From a virus (lineage: Duplodnaviria > Caudoviricetes), in IMG/VR virus record IMGVR_UViG_3300043621_000052, positions 1-43,245 of that record: DNA of 43,245 nt, one strand, 5' to 3'. Below are positions 32,383-42,012 of the stretch, piece after piece; position 1 is the first letter of the stretch; every line of letters starts with the position of its first letter. The notes beneath the pieces are model-generated. The model did no database searches, was not told the origin of the DNA, and saw nothing but the letters and a program-made list of their open reading frames with translations. The position numbers were made by a program, and so were the translations under genes.

Positions 32383-33861
32383 ATGGCAACGCTCACACCT
32401 GTTCTGCAACTTTACAAGCCGACCGTCGGCGCGGACGACGATTTGTGGGGTGGATTTTGGAACCAGAACGCGGACAAGCTGGATCAGGCCCTCGACCCGG
32501 CGGCGGGTATATTCCTGCCGCTGGCGGGCGGTACGGTCACGACCCCGACCGCGTTTCCGTCGCAGATCATCTTCACGCCGACGCCGCCGCTGGAAGCGAA
32601 CAAGCCTAATGGCGCGCAATTCGGCAGCTACCTGACAACCCAAATGAACGGTGGCGGTTTCTGGGATCCGATTTTCTCAAATACCCTTGTCAATACCAAC
32701 GTCGGCGGCGCGCACGACACTGGCATATGGAACCTTTATGGTGCCCTGACTTACACCGGAACCGGCGGCAAAGGCGGGCATGTGGCGGTCGCCGGGCAGG
32801 CTGTCAGAGCGGTAAAAAACGCGGGCGGGACAGATAATAATCCGCAATTGTGGGGCGCGCTTTTCAACTACATCGACCAGACCAACCCGGCGGACAGTGC
32901 CGGGGAGAACTATGGTAGCGCGGTTGAGATCGGGATCGGCACGGCGGGGACTGATAGTGCTGAGAGCCGCAGAATGTTGGGAATGTATCTCAATCAGATG
33001 CCGAACACGGATGTGCCGCCGGTGGTTCACTTAGGTATTCATCTCGCGGCCAATCAGGGGAGTTTTAATTACGGATTACGTTTCGATACGCCATTTAATA
33101 TCGCGTGCATCGATATGCGAACGGCGGTGAAGAACGGCGGGCATACGGTGTGGCTGCGCGATGGCGGCGATATCGCCTGGGATACGCAGTCAACCGCGAC
33201 CACTTACTGGGATGCCGCTGCTTTCAGTGGGGCGGGCGGCCTTCATTTTAGTAGCAATGTCGAGATCGACGGTCAGATATACACACCGTCATCGCTGAAT
33301 GTCGGCGGTGCCGCCAACATCGCTGGCGCGGTGGGCCTCGCCAGCACTTTCCAGGTCAGCGGCACGTCGCTACTACAAGGGGCGGTCACGGCGCAGGCCG
33401 GGCTAACGTCAAACCAACAGATCACGATCAACACGGGCGCGTCGGTTGATGCTCGCGTGGTCTACACCTCGGCGCGCACTTATTGGGCCGGATCGTGGAG
33501 CGATGGAAGCTTCTATCTGATCGATGCCACGGGCGCGCCGACCGTACGCCTTACGGTATCCCCCGCCGGGGATCTCGCCGTCGCTAACGGACTAAGCGCG
33601 CTGGGGGCGGTTACTTTCATCGCCGGGCTCACTGTTGGCGGAACCAGTCAGCTGCAAGGGGCCGTGACCGCGCTGGCCGGTCTGACCAGTTCGACCCAGT
33701 TACAGATCGGCGTCGGTGGCCCGACGTGGACGGCGGGCACCGCTGCGCCGACCGTCTCCATGCCAGCCGGATCGATGTATTCACGCATCAACGGCGCGGT
33801 TGGCGCGCGGTTCTACATATGCAGTGGCACAGGGACGTGGGCACCCGTGCCGGGTGTTTAA
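32383..33861 (+). CDS. Second tail fibre/spike
   Basis: N-terminus similar to the preceding fibre; Gly/Thr-rich beta character; lower GC. Confidence 0.8.
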   Translation: MATLTPVLQLYKPTVGADDDLWGGFWNQNADKLDQALDPAAGIFLPLAGGTVTTPTAFPSQIIFTPTPPLEANKPNGAQFGSYLTTQMNGGGFWDPIFSNTLVNTNVGGAHDTGIWNLYGALTYTGTGGKGGHVAVAGQAVRAVKNAGGTDNNPQLWGALFNYIDQTNPADSAGENYGSAVEIGIGTAGTDSAESRRMLGMYLNQMPNTDVPPVVHLGIHLAANQGSFNYGLRFDTPFNIACIDMRTAVKNGGHTVWLRDGGDIAWDTQSTATTYWDAAAFSGAGGLHFSSNVEIDGQIYTPSSLNVGGAANIAGAVGLASTFQVSGTSLLQGAVTAQAGLTSNQQITINTGASVDARVVYTSARTYWAGSWSDGSFYLIDATGAPTVRLTVSPAGDLAVANGLSALGAVTFIAGLTVGGTSQLQGAVTALAGLTSSTQLQIGVGGPTWTAGTAAPTVSMPAGSMYSRINGAVGARFYICSGTGTWAPVPGV

Positions 33862-33877
33862 CCAAAGGGAGGACTGA

Positions 33878-34078
33878 ATGTTTCGAGGAAGTTCCATTAG
33901 TAAATTCGATGTGGCTCTGGGTGCCGAGGCCTGGGAGATCGTCATAAGGGCATTGGCGGCGACGCCCGGCGACGATGCCGCGCGTGTCCTGGCCGAGATC
34001 AAACAGCAATACGACGCGCAGCAGGCACCGACATACCTGGTGCCGCCGACATTCGAGACGACGGACCTCGGTGCGTGA
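33878..34078 (+). CDS. Small protein, possible fibre chaperone (66 aa)
   Basis: SD ggagga; similar to 34273..34494. Confidence 0.7.
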   Translation: MFRGSSISKFDVALGAEAWEIVIRALAATPGDDAARVLAEIKQQYDAQQAPTYLVPPTFETTDLGA

Positions 34079-34272
34079 AGACGGAACCGCTCATCTCACG
34101 GGTTACCGATCGAGACAGCAGACGTACCCCCGCCGGGCGCGGGCGTCTCTCACCCGAAAGTAAAGCCACAGCAGGGGCAGGACGCACCCCGGCAGCAACC
34201 AGAGCAGAAGCACCAGGGACCAGTTCAGTTCCATACCCCACGGTAGCCGTGGGCGAAGAGAAAGGTAAATCC

Positions 34273-34494
34273 ATGCTTCAGCCCACCGATAAACTCAATG
34301 TGACGTTCGACGCGCAGGCATGGAACGTGATCATGCAGATCATTGCGGAAGCGCCGTTCAAGATCGCGCAGCCGTTGATCCAGGAGATCCAGCGCCAGTG
34401 TGCCAGCCAGGACACCGGGCCGGATTACCCGTCCGCCGGGAGGCACGTCCGCCCCAACGGCGCGGCGGGCCACGATACGACGACGGCGGAATAG
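34273..34494 (+). CDS. Small protein, paralogue of 33878..34078 (73 aa)
   Basis: SD aaggt; LNVTFDAQAWNVIMQIIAEAP...IQEIQRQ. Confidence 0.7.
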   Translation: MLQPTDKLNVTFDAQAWNVIMQIIAEAPFKIAQPLIQEIQRQCASQDTGPDYPSAGRHVRPNGAAGHDTTTAE

Positions 34495-34521
34495 TTCCGC
34501 CGTCATAACAAGGAGAGCGTT

Positions 34522-35079
34522 ATGCCTTTTGTCTCAGGTTTCTTAAAGGTTCGCCATCCCGGCGACCGCGTCGACAACAGCCTCCCCGGAGGCGAGAACC
34601 CCGTTGATCCCGGTTACGGGATCGGCGAAGGTCGTCCAGACAATAGCTTGCCGGGCGGCGGCTACATCGACAATACTTTGCCGCCGCCTCCGGGGATCTG
34701 GCCGCCGCCGGTCGGCATCTGGCCGCCGACGCCGCTGCCGCCAAACTACCCGATGCCCCCCGGCAGCATCTGGCCGTCACCGGGTGTTCCGACGCATCCG
34801 ATCGCGCCGGGCGGCTCGCCGGGGACGCCAGACAACTCGCTGCCACGGCCTCCCGGACGGCCCGATAACTCGTTGCCTCGCCCGCCGGGGACACCAGACA
34901 ACACGTTGCCGGGAGGTGGCGAACGCCCCGACAACTCGTTGCCATCTCAGAAGTATCTGGTGGCGATTGTCGGTGTATCTTCGAGCGGCGGCCTCAAGGT
35001 GGTTGGCTATACGGTTGTCGATCCGTCGCTTTCGCCGGGTCAGTTGCCGGTGATGCCGCCGACCGCACAGCCAAAGTAA
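34522..35079 (+). CDS. Proline-rich repeat protein (7 x DN[S/T]LP)
   Basis: SD aaggag; repeats visible in the translation. Confidence 0.8.
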   Translation: MPFVSGFLKVRHPGDRVDNSLPGGENPVDPGYGIGEGRPDNSLPGGGYIDNTLPPPPGIWPPPVGIWPPTPLPPNYPMPPGSIWPSPGVPTHPIAPGGSPGTPDNSLPRPPGRPDNSLPRPPGTPDNTLPGGGERPDNSLPSQKYLVAIVGVSSSGGLKVVGYTVVDPSLSPGQLPVMPPTAQPK

Positions 35080-35134
35080 CGACGAACAACGGACGGGGCC
35101 TGGATGACCTCCAGGCCCCAGAAGGATCAACGCC

Positions 35135-35515
35135 ATGCGCTGGGTCGGTGAAGCTCTGGAACGATACGACGGCAAGGTGGTCGACAATGGCCAGTGCGTT
35201 CGATACCTCCAGGTCGCGGCGGGTGTCCCGCACACGTCGACGTGGCGGCGCGGTTTGCGTGCGCGCGACGCGGCCGACATCGAACCCGGCACGGCGATCG
35301 CGACGTTCAGCTCTGGCGGGAAATACACCAACTCGACAGACGGATCGTCGCACGCGGCTTTCTTCCTTTCCAAACAGGCAGACGGGCTCTTGGTTTCTGA
35401 TCAGTGGAAAGGTCAGCCGGTGCATGATCGCGTGCTCCGCTACAAGGACGGCGGCGGCACCGCCAACAACGACGGGTCGAGATTTTATATTATAGAGACG
35501 GACGATGTCGCATGA
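35135..35515 (+). CDS. Peptidoglycan amidase/endopeptidase, Tae2/BPSL0067-like; probable endolysin
   Basis: Motifs GQCV, TSTWRRG, PGTAIATF, SHAAFFL, DQW and FYIIE (Cys-His NlpC/P60 pattern). Confidence 0.82.
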   Translation: MRWVGEALERYDGKVVDNGQCVRYLQVAAGVPHTSTWRRGLRARDAADIEPGTAIATFSSGGKYTNSTDGSSHAAFFLSKQADGLLVSDQWKGQPVHDRVLRYKDGGGTANNDGSRFYIIETDDVA

Positions 35516-35726
35516 ACCTTTTGATCCGGTCAAAGGCGCGTTCATCGTGCTCATCCTGTTGGTCGCGGGCGTGCTGTCTTCCAGCGCGTTTATCTTCGTG
35601 GGGTGCTTTTACTCCATCGCCGCGCTGTGTGATCGTGGCGCGGGGATCAAGGACGTGACGCTGGAAATCATAACGGTCCTGGCGATCATTCTGGGCGCGC
35701 GTAAATCGCCGGGGGACCGCCCGTGA
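35505..35726 (+). CDS. Two-TM membrane protein, candidate holin
   Basis: Two hydrophobic segments and a basic C-tail; adjacent to the lysin. Confidence 0.6.
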   Translation: MSHEPFDPVKGAFIVLILLVAGVLSSSAFIFVGCFYSIAALCDRGAGIKDVTLEIITVLAIILGARKSPGDRP

Positions 35727-37270
35727 CCCTTCAGGCCCTTAAATTCCCACCCGGCGTGGTCCGCACAGGCACCGACGGCATGTCGCGCGGACGCTGGTGG
35801 AACGCCAATTTGATCCGCTGGCGTTCCGGTGCGCTCGTGCCTGTTGGCGGCTGGGATCGGCTGACGACGACGCCACTGTCCTCTCCCGCGCGAAAGCTGC
35901 TGACGTGGCGGTCGAACCTCGACGTTCGCTACGTCGCGATCGGGACTGACAGCAAGCTGGAGCTGCTCGACGGAGACACATTCTACGATAAGACGCCGCC
36001 CGGTTTCGTTCCGTTCCCGGCGATTTCTCAGACCGTGCGGGGCGGCTACGGAACCGGTGATTACGATGAGGGCACCTACGACACGCCGCGCGAGAGCACG
36101 GTCTTCGGCCCCGGCGGCAATCCGTACGCGAAGGGCGCGATCTGGACGCTGGGCACGTTCGGCGAGGACGTCATGGCGGTGGCATCGTCAGACGGCCGCC
36201 TGCTGCACATGAGCCCGAACTCCACCACCACGGCGTCATTCGATGCCCAGGCGCTGCCGATCGCGGACGCGCCCCTCAACAACCGTGGCGTTATCGTAAC
36301 AGAGGAGCGCCATGTGATGCTGTTCGGCGCGAACGGCAATCCGCGCCGGGTCGCGTGGTGCTCGCGCGAGGACTTCAACGACTGGGATTTCGCCGACCCA
36401 AACAACACCGCCGGGTTCATCGATCTCGATTGCGATGGCACCCTGGTCAACGCCTGCCGGGTGCGCGGCGGCGTTTTGTTCTGGTCTGAAAACGAGGCCT
36501 GGATCGCGCGCTACAAGGGCCTGCCCGCTATCTACGGTTTCGAGAAGGTGGGCGAGGCGTGCGGACTGATTGGTGGCAACGCCTTCGCTGGTGCTGGCGG
36601 CGGTGTCATCTGGGTGGGGTATTCGACGTTCTGGAGTTACGACAACGGAACGGTCGCGCCAGTGCAGTGTGACGTCGCGGATTATTTCTTTCGCCGCATC
36701 GATGTGAAAGTGGTTTCCGACCGCATCGCGGGCGGTGCCAACGGGCGCTTCACGGAGGCATGGTTCTTCTTTCCCGAGATCGGTCAGGGAGAGAACAACG
36801 CTTATGTCGCCTTCAACTACCCCGAGAAGTGGTGGACGATCGGCAAGCTGGACCGCTCCGCGATACAGCCCGCCGGGGTCTGGCCTTATCCGCTCATGGG
36901 CGGCCTTGACGGTCACCTCTACCAACACGAGCGGGGCTGGACCGCCGCTGGCGTCACGCGTGCCAACACCGTTTTCATCGAGAGCGGCGCGCAGCAATTC
37001 CCGCCCGGCGGGGACAAGTGTCTGAATGTCCTCGGTGCTCAGCTGGACAGCGGCACCAGCTACGACAGCGTTGAGCTGCGGGCGTTCACCAGGGAGGCGC
37101 ACGACGATCCGGTCGAGTATGAAGAGGGGCCGTTCCAACCATACTCAGACGGCCTCGTCGAGTGCCGTTTCTCTGGCCGCGACATCCGTCTCCGCATTGA
37201 ACAGGTGCAAGACCAGCAGTGGAGCGTCGGCGAGATGCGGTTTGATGTCGTGCCGGGGCGCGGCAGATGA
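35723..37270 (+). CDS. Tail nozzle/packaged-DNA stabilisation protein (tail tubular B-like)
   Basis: LKFPPGV, VAWCSRED...W...NTAG and RFSGRDIRLR...GEMRFD; beta-rich; synteny. Confidence 0.8.
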   Translation: MTLQALKFPPGVVRTGTDGMSRGRWWNANLIRWRSGALVPVGGWDRLTTTPLSSPARKLLTWRSNLDVRYVAIGTDSKLELLDGDTFYDKTPPGFVPFPAISQTVRGGYGTGDYDEGTYDTPRESTVFGPGGNPYAKGAIWTLGTFGEDVMAVASSDGRLLHMSPNSTTTASFDAQALPIADAPLNNRGVIVTEERHVMLFGANGNPRRVAWCSREDFNDWDFADPNNTAGFIDLDCDGTLVNACRVRGGVLFWSENEAWIARYKGLPAIYGFEKVGEACGLIGGNAFAGAGGGVIWVGYSTFWSYDNGTVAPVQCDVADYFFRRIDVKVVSDRIAGGANGRFTEAWFFFPEIGQGENNAYVAFNYPEKWWTIGKLDRSAIQPAGVWPYPLMGGLDGHLYQHERGWTAAGVTRANTVFIESGAQQFPPGGDKCLNVLGAQLDSGTSYDSVELRAFTREAHDDPVEYEEGPFQPYSDGLVECRFSGRDIRLRIEQVQDQQWSVGEMRFDVVPGRGR

Positions 37271-37488
37271 ATGTGTCTCTCCCGTATCCAACTGAACGAT
37301 ACAACGAGGAGCGTTCGCGCCAGCTGGTCGATCAGCTGACCGCCATGTTCTCTCGCGTTCTGTCCACCGAAACAGCGTCGCCTTACGCGCTGCTGACATC
37401 ACCGGACGGATCGGTGTGGAAGATCACCGTGGACAATCTCGGCGCGCTGAAAACCGCGAAGCTGCCTCTGGGAGTGTCGATCGCATGA
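37267..37488 (+). CDS. Small tail-associated protein (73 aa)
   Basis: ATGA coupling; LTSPDGSVWKITVDNLGAL. Confidence 0.7.
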   Translation: MNVSLPYPTERYNEERSRQLVDQLTAMFSRVLSTETASPYALLTSPDGSVWKITVDNLGALKTAKLPLGVSIA

Positions 37489-37847
37489 TGGACGCGAACC
37501 GCCTGAAGATGGTCGACCAGCTCGCCGCCGCCCTGGCGCTGATGGACACGCACACGATCTCCGACGTGATCGCACTCGCCCAGGACCGGCGCGCGCAGAT
37601 CTGGGACAGCGACAATACGTTGGTGGTGACTGAGTTGATGGATTTCCCCCTGCGGAAAGTAATCCGCTGGTGGGTCGTCGCCGGTACGGTCGAGGGCGCA
37701 CGATCGATGCAGCCTCGCATCGACAAGTGGGCGCTGGAGCAAGGCGCGACCCGCGCCGACATGATCGGACGCAGAGGATGGCGCGGCGTTGTTAACCAAG
37801 AACAATGGAAACACGTCGGCGACTACTGGCGCAAGGAGTTGATCTAA
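37485..37847 (+). CDS. GNAT-like virion assembly protein
   Basis: WALEQGATRADMIGRRGW; lies just before the ejection proteins. Confidence 0.65.
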   Translation: MMDANRLKMVDQLAAALALMDTHTISDVIALAQDRRAQIWDSDNTLVVTELMDFPLRKVIRWWVVAGTVEGARSMQPRIDKWALEQGATRADMIGRRGWRGVVNQEQWKHVGDYWRKELI

Positions 37848-38866
37848 TGGCGGGCGGCAGCACCCCATCGAACACCACGCAGACCAGCAAGACCGAACTC
37901 CCGGCGTGGATGAGCGGTGCCTCGGAAAACCAGTTCGGATGGGCAAAAGAGGTCGCTGACAGGCCTTATCAGGCCTACGACGGCCAGCGCATCGCCGGGC
38001 AGAGCAACGATCAGCTTCAGGCCGCGCAGTCTATCAGGGACAATTACGGAGAGACCGGCGCGGCGCTGGGTTCCCTCGGCGACGCGGTCGCCGGTCAGGT
38101 CGGCGGCTATCAGGCTCAGACGGTCACGCCGAAGACATTGGCCGGAACGGATTTGCAACCATACATGAACCCGTTTACCGGTGAGGTCGAAACGAATGCG
38201 TTACGAGCCCTCGAGGGCACGCGGCAGAACTCGCAGAACCAAATCGGCGACGCGTTCCTCTCCTCTAAAGCTTTCGGCGGATCCCGGCAGGCGCTGCAAT
38301 CAGCCGTGACAGACGCGCAATTCGGACAGCAAGCGGGCGACCTGTCGGCTAAACTTCGTCAGGCTAATTTCGCCCAGGCGCAACAAGCCGCGACCGGCGA
38401 CATCGGCCGAGACCTCACCGCGCAGCAGCTCAACCAACGCGCGGGCCTCGATGCCGGGCAGCTAAATCTGGCGGGATATAAAACGGCGGGCGATCTTTAC
38501 GGTCAGCGACAGAAATCGGACATCGCCGACATCGGTCTTTTGGATAACGCGGGCGGCCAGCAGCAGCAGATGCAGCAAACCGGGCTCGACCAGAAATATG
38601 CCGACTGGCTGGAAGCGCAGGGCTACGACAAGAGCCAAATTGAGTGGCTACACCAGCTGCTCGTCTCAAGCCCCGGCTCGCAAACCACAAGCATCAACGC
38701 CACGGGCATGGCTGGCGGCAGCAGGGGGAGCCCGGCCATGGGCGCGCTGGGAGGAGCACTCAGCGGAGCCAGTGCCGGTGCGATGATCGGTGGCCCGGCC
38801 GCGCCCTACACCGCCGCCGGGGGTGCCGTGATCGGCGGCATCCTCGGGGGTCTCGGGTCGAGATAG
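37847..38866 (+). CDS. DNA ejection/pilot protein
   Basis: SD aaggag; YMNPF and AFGGSRQ; Gln-rich with a Gly-rich hydrophobic C-terminus. Confidence 0.75.
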   Translation: MAGGSTPSNTTQTSKTELPAWMSGASENQFGWAKEVADRPYQAYDGQRIAGQSNDQLQAAQSIRDNYGETGAALGSLGDAVAGQVGGYQAQTVTPKTLAGTDLQPYMNPFTGEVETNALRALEGTRQNSQNQIGDAFLSSKAFGGSRQALQSAVTDAQFGQQAGDLSAKLRQANFAQAQQAATGDIGRDLTAQQLNQRAGLDAGQLNLAGYKTAGDLYGQRQKSDIADIGLLDNAGGQQQQMQQTGLDQKYADWLEAQGYDKSQIEWLHQLLVSSPGSQTTSINATGMAGGSRGSPAMGALGGALSGASAGAMIGGPAAPYTAAGGAVIGGILGGLGSR

Positions 38867-38876
38867 GAGCGAAACG

Positions 38877-39668
38877 ATGCAAGACGACTGGCTGCAATAC
38901 ATGCGTCTGTTCGGACAGGCCGCCGGGGCCATGAACGGCGCGGGCGCGTTCGGCGGTGGCGGCCTGACGATGGATCCGGCGATCGGGGCCCCGGTGATGC
39001 CGCCGCCCCAGATCGACCCGAGCGGCCTCGCGCTGCCGGGGGCGGGGCCGATGGCATCGCCGATCCCGGCCATGCCCAACGCGGGCCTGCCGTCGACGCC
39101 AGGGGCCGTGCCACCTGTGCCGATGAGCATCGGCCCGTCACCGGACCCGGCCAACCCCTACAGCAGACCCGGCTTCACCGGCCTCGCGCCCGCCACGGGC
39201 CCCGTCGGCGGCGCGCCGCTGGCACCCGCCGTGCCGACCAACACCATCCCGGATCCAAGCAAGCCCGCTGGCTACGCCGGGCCACCTAATTGGTTCGACC
39301 GCAACATCGGGCAACCTCTTTCCGAGCTGTGGAACGGCAAGCCGAAACTCGACGCCAGCGGCAAGCCGATCATCGGTCCCGACGGCAAGCCGGTGATGGA
39401 GGAGACGGCCAAATTGACCGACCGGCAGAAGGCCCTCGTGGGCGGTGCCAGCTCGATCGGATCCGCACTCGCCAAAGGAGCCACCCCGGCGGCGGCCCCG
39501 ACGATCGCCGCCGGGGGCGGCGGCGCGGGAGCTTACAAGCCCGCCGCGTTCGACGCGGCGCGGTTGGCCGCGTCTCGCGTCGCCGAGCTTCAGGCCTTGA
39601 AACAGAAGGCGGCGCTCAACGCACCGTGGCTGAGGCGATATCAGCAGCCCGGTTTGATGGGAGGGTAA
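38877..39668 (+). CDS. Pro/Gly-rich internal virion protein (263 aa)
   Basis: SD aggag; position in the ejection cluster. Confidence 0.7.
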   Translation: MQDDWLQYMRLFGQAAGAMNGAGAFGGGGLTMDPAIGAPVMPPPQIDPSGLALPGAGPMASPIPAMPNAGLPSTPGAVPPVPMSIGPSPDPANPYSRPGFTGLAPATGPVGGAPLAPAVPTNTIPDPSKPAGYAGPPNWFDRNIGQPLSELWNGKPKLDASGKPIIGPDGKPVMEETAKLTDRQKALVGGASSIGSALAKGATPAAAPTIAAGGGGAGAYKPAAFDAARLAASRVAELQALKQKAALNAPWLRRYQQPGLMGG

Positions 39669-39669
39669 G

Positions 39670-42003
39670 ATGCCAGAGGGTGATCCCGGCCTGCTCGACC
39701 AGGCGTGGACCGGCTGGGGCAACTGGTGGAACCCGAAGGAGGTGCCAGCCGGGTCGTCATATGACGCCGACACCCTCGGCCTCGCCCGGCAATCCGCGAT
39801 CGGCTCCCTCGGCGGCAAGATCCTGGCCCTCGCCCAGGCCGGGCTCCAGCCCGCGCAGCGGGCGCAGATCATGGCCGGGCTGGCCCCCGGCGATGAGTTC
39901 CAGAAGGCGCTGAGCGAGGGCGCGACGATGCGCCTGCACGCCGCCACCGCGAAGCGGACTGAGCAAGAGATGGCGTCGGAGGCCGCCAGCAACCTGATGA
40001 TCGACCGGCTCATCGCGGGCAAGACCGGCGCGGGCGGCGGCGTCCCCGCCGCCAACCCCGGCACGATGCCGCGCCTGGGTGACGTGGCGGGAGATCCCAT
40101 AAAGACCGCGCTGGCGGCGCTCATGCCAGCCGAAAGCGGCGGCAACGCCGGGGCCCAGAACGCGCAAGGCTACTCGGGCCGGTATCAGATCGGCTCCGCC
40201 CTCGCCGCCGACAGTGGGGTCTACCGGCCCGCGCCCGGCGAGAGCGTCGCCGACGATCGCGGACGGGCAACGAACACCTGGCGCGGGCAGTGGGTGATCC
40301 CCGGTTTTGAACCGATGACCCACGAGCAATGGAGATCCAACCCGCAGGCGCAGCAGGCGGCGGCCGAGGCCGCCATGCGGCTGAACTGGGGGAAGATCCA
40401 GAGCGCCGGCCTCGACAAATACATCGGGCAAAACATCGGCGGCGTTCAGGTCACCGCCCCCGGCCTGCTCCAGGGCATGTGGCTTGGCGGGCTGAAGGGC
40501 TTGCAGACCTGGGTGACCGGAGGCGGAGATCCCGCCGACTCCAACAGGACCACCGTGTCGAAATGGGCGGCTCTGAAACCCCCCGGCGGCGCCACGATGA
40601 CGGACGCCTCGGGCTCGACCTACCCAGGAGATCCCAGCGTCTCCTCCGGCGGCGGCGCACCGTTCCAACCGCCGACGAAGCCCAAGAGCCTCGCGGACCT
40701 GTCCCCTGACCAGTTGACGCTCCTGCGGGCGATGCCGGCCACGCAGCGCGCCGCCAAAATCCTCGAGCTCACCAGCAAGGCCGACTCGCCGACGCTCCTG
40801 ACGCCGGGGCAGTCCGCGCACCTGGGACCAGGGACGTGGCAGTGGAGCCCGACGACCGGCTACAGCCGCATCGCCGAGGCCGCCGCGACGGACCTGAACG
40901 CGACCGAGAAGGCCGCCCTCGGTCTGGCGCCGGATGCGATCGTGCAGCGCAAGGGGGACCGCTCACTCAGCATCGTGGACCCCGGCAAGACGACGTGGGC
41001 CGCCCCGGATTTTTTGAAGGCGCACGGCTTCAACCCGGACGCGAAGGTGATCGTCGGACCAGACGGCAAGCCGACGGTGATCAGCGAAGGCCAACACCGT
41101 TGGGCGAGCCCGACGGAGATCGCCGCCACCGGCCTGCCGCCAGACGCGCGGGTGAGCATCGGACCCAACGGCCAGCCGACGGTTATCGACAAGGGCACCG
41201 CGCCGGGCGCGCCGATGAACGCCGACTCGGCGCGCGGCATCCTGACGCAATACGCGCCGATGGTCCGCGCCGGCACGCTCGACCCCAACAGCCCAGAGGG
41301 GCAGCGGTATCAGGCGGCGCACCGGCTGCTCTCGCAAGGCGAAGCGGTGGAAGTCGAGCTACCCGACGGCCGCACGGTGCGGCGTGTGGTGCCGAAAGAC
41401 ACCGGCTACCCAACGCTGGGCGCGCCGGTCACTCCCCCCGATGAGGTCGTGACCAAGCAGGCCAAACCGTTGACCGAGGGGCAGGCCAAGGCGTCGGTCT
41501 ATCTCGGCAACATGGAAGACGCCGAGAAGCGCATCCAGGCTGTCACCGGCAAGGGTTACAACCCCGGCAACGCCAGAGACAACTACGGACAGATCCTCCC
41601 CGGAAAGGGCCTGACGATCAGCAAAGAGGGGCAACTCTACCGGCAGGCGCAGATCACCTGGTATCGCAACAAGCTGCGGTGGGAGAGCGGCGCGTCGATC
41701 GGCGAGCCAGAAGCTTTCGAGGAGGCTTCGAACTACTTCCCGCGTCCGAACGACACGCCTGAGACGATCGCGCAGAAGGATGCCGCGAGGCAGTCCGCGA
41801 TGCGAAACATGGGGCTCGCCGCCGGCCGAGGACAGGCCGGGCAACCAGCACCAGAGCAGCCGGCGGCGACATCTCAGATCACGCCGTCGGTGCTCAAGGA
41901 TCTTAAAGCAAGGATCAAGGCGGGCACGGTGTCGCGCGGCGCCGCCGAGATCATCCTGCGGAAGAACGGCGGCCTCGGCCCCGAGTGGCTCGACGCGGAC
42001 TAG
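39670..42003 (+). CDS. Internal virion protein with a lysozyme/lytic-transglycosylase-like domain and internal repeats
   Basis: AESGGNAGAQN...GRYQ motif; three ~33-aa repeats (PDA.V..GPDGKPTVI). Confidence 0.78.
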   Translation: MPEGDPGLLDQAWTGWGNWWNPKEVPAGSSYDADTLGLARQSAIGSLGGKILALAQAGLQPAQRAQIMAGLAPGDEFQKALSEGATMRLHAATAKRTEQEMASEAASNLMIDRLIAGKTGAGGGVPAANPGTMPRLGDVAGDPIKTALAALMPAESGGNAGAQNAQGYSGRYQIGSALAADSGVYRPAPGESVADDRGRATNTWRGQWVIPGFEPMTHEQWRSNPQAQQAAAEAAMRLNWGKIQSAGLDKYIGQNIGGVQVTAPGLLQGMWLGGLKGLQTWVTGGGDPADSNRTTVSKWAALKPPGGATMTDASGSTYPGDPSVSSGGGAPFQPPTKPKSLADLSPDQLTLLRAMPATQRAAKILELTSKADSPTLLTPGQSAHLGPGTWQWSPTTGYSRIAEAAATDLNATEKAALGLAPDAIVQRKGDRSLSIVDPGKTTWAAPDFLKAHGFNPDAKVIVGPDGKPTVISEGQHRWASPTEIAATGLPPDARVSIGPNGQPTVIDKGTAPGAPMNADSARGILTQYAPMVRAGTLDPNSPEGQRYQAAHRLLSQGEAVEVELPDGRTVRRVVPKDTGYPTLGAPVTPPDEVVTKQAKPLTEGQAKASVYLGNMEDAEKRIQAVTGKGYNPGNARDNYGQILPGKGLTISKEGQLYRQAQITWYRNKLRWESGASIGEPEAFEEASNYFPRPNDTPETIAQKDAARQSAMRNMGLAAGRGQAGQPAPEQPAATSQITPSVLKDLKARIKAGTVSRGAAEIILRKNGGLGPEWLDAD

Positions 42004-42012
42004 GAGCGCACC

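Noticed and set aside
32383-33861. Diversity-generating retroelement or invertible tail-fibre switch
   Set aside because: No reverse transcriptase or invertase; the internal duplication does not show adenine-specific differences.
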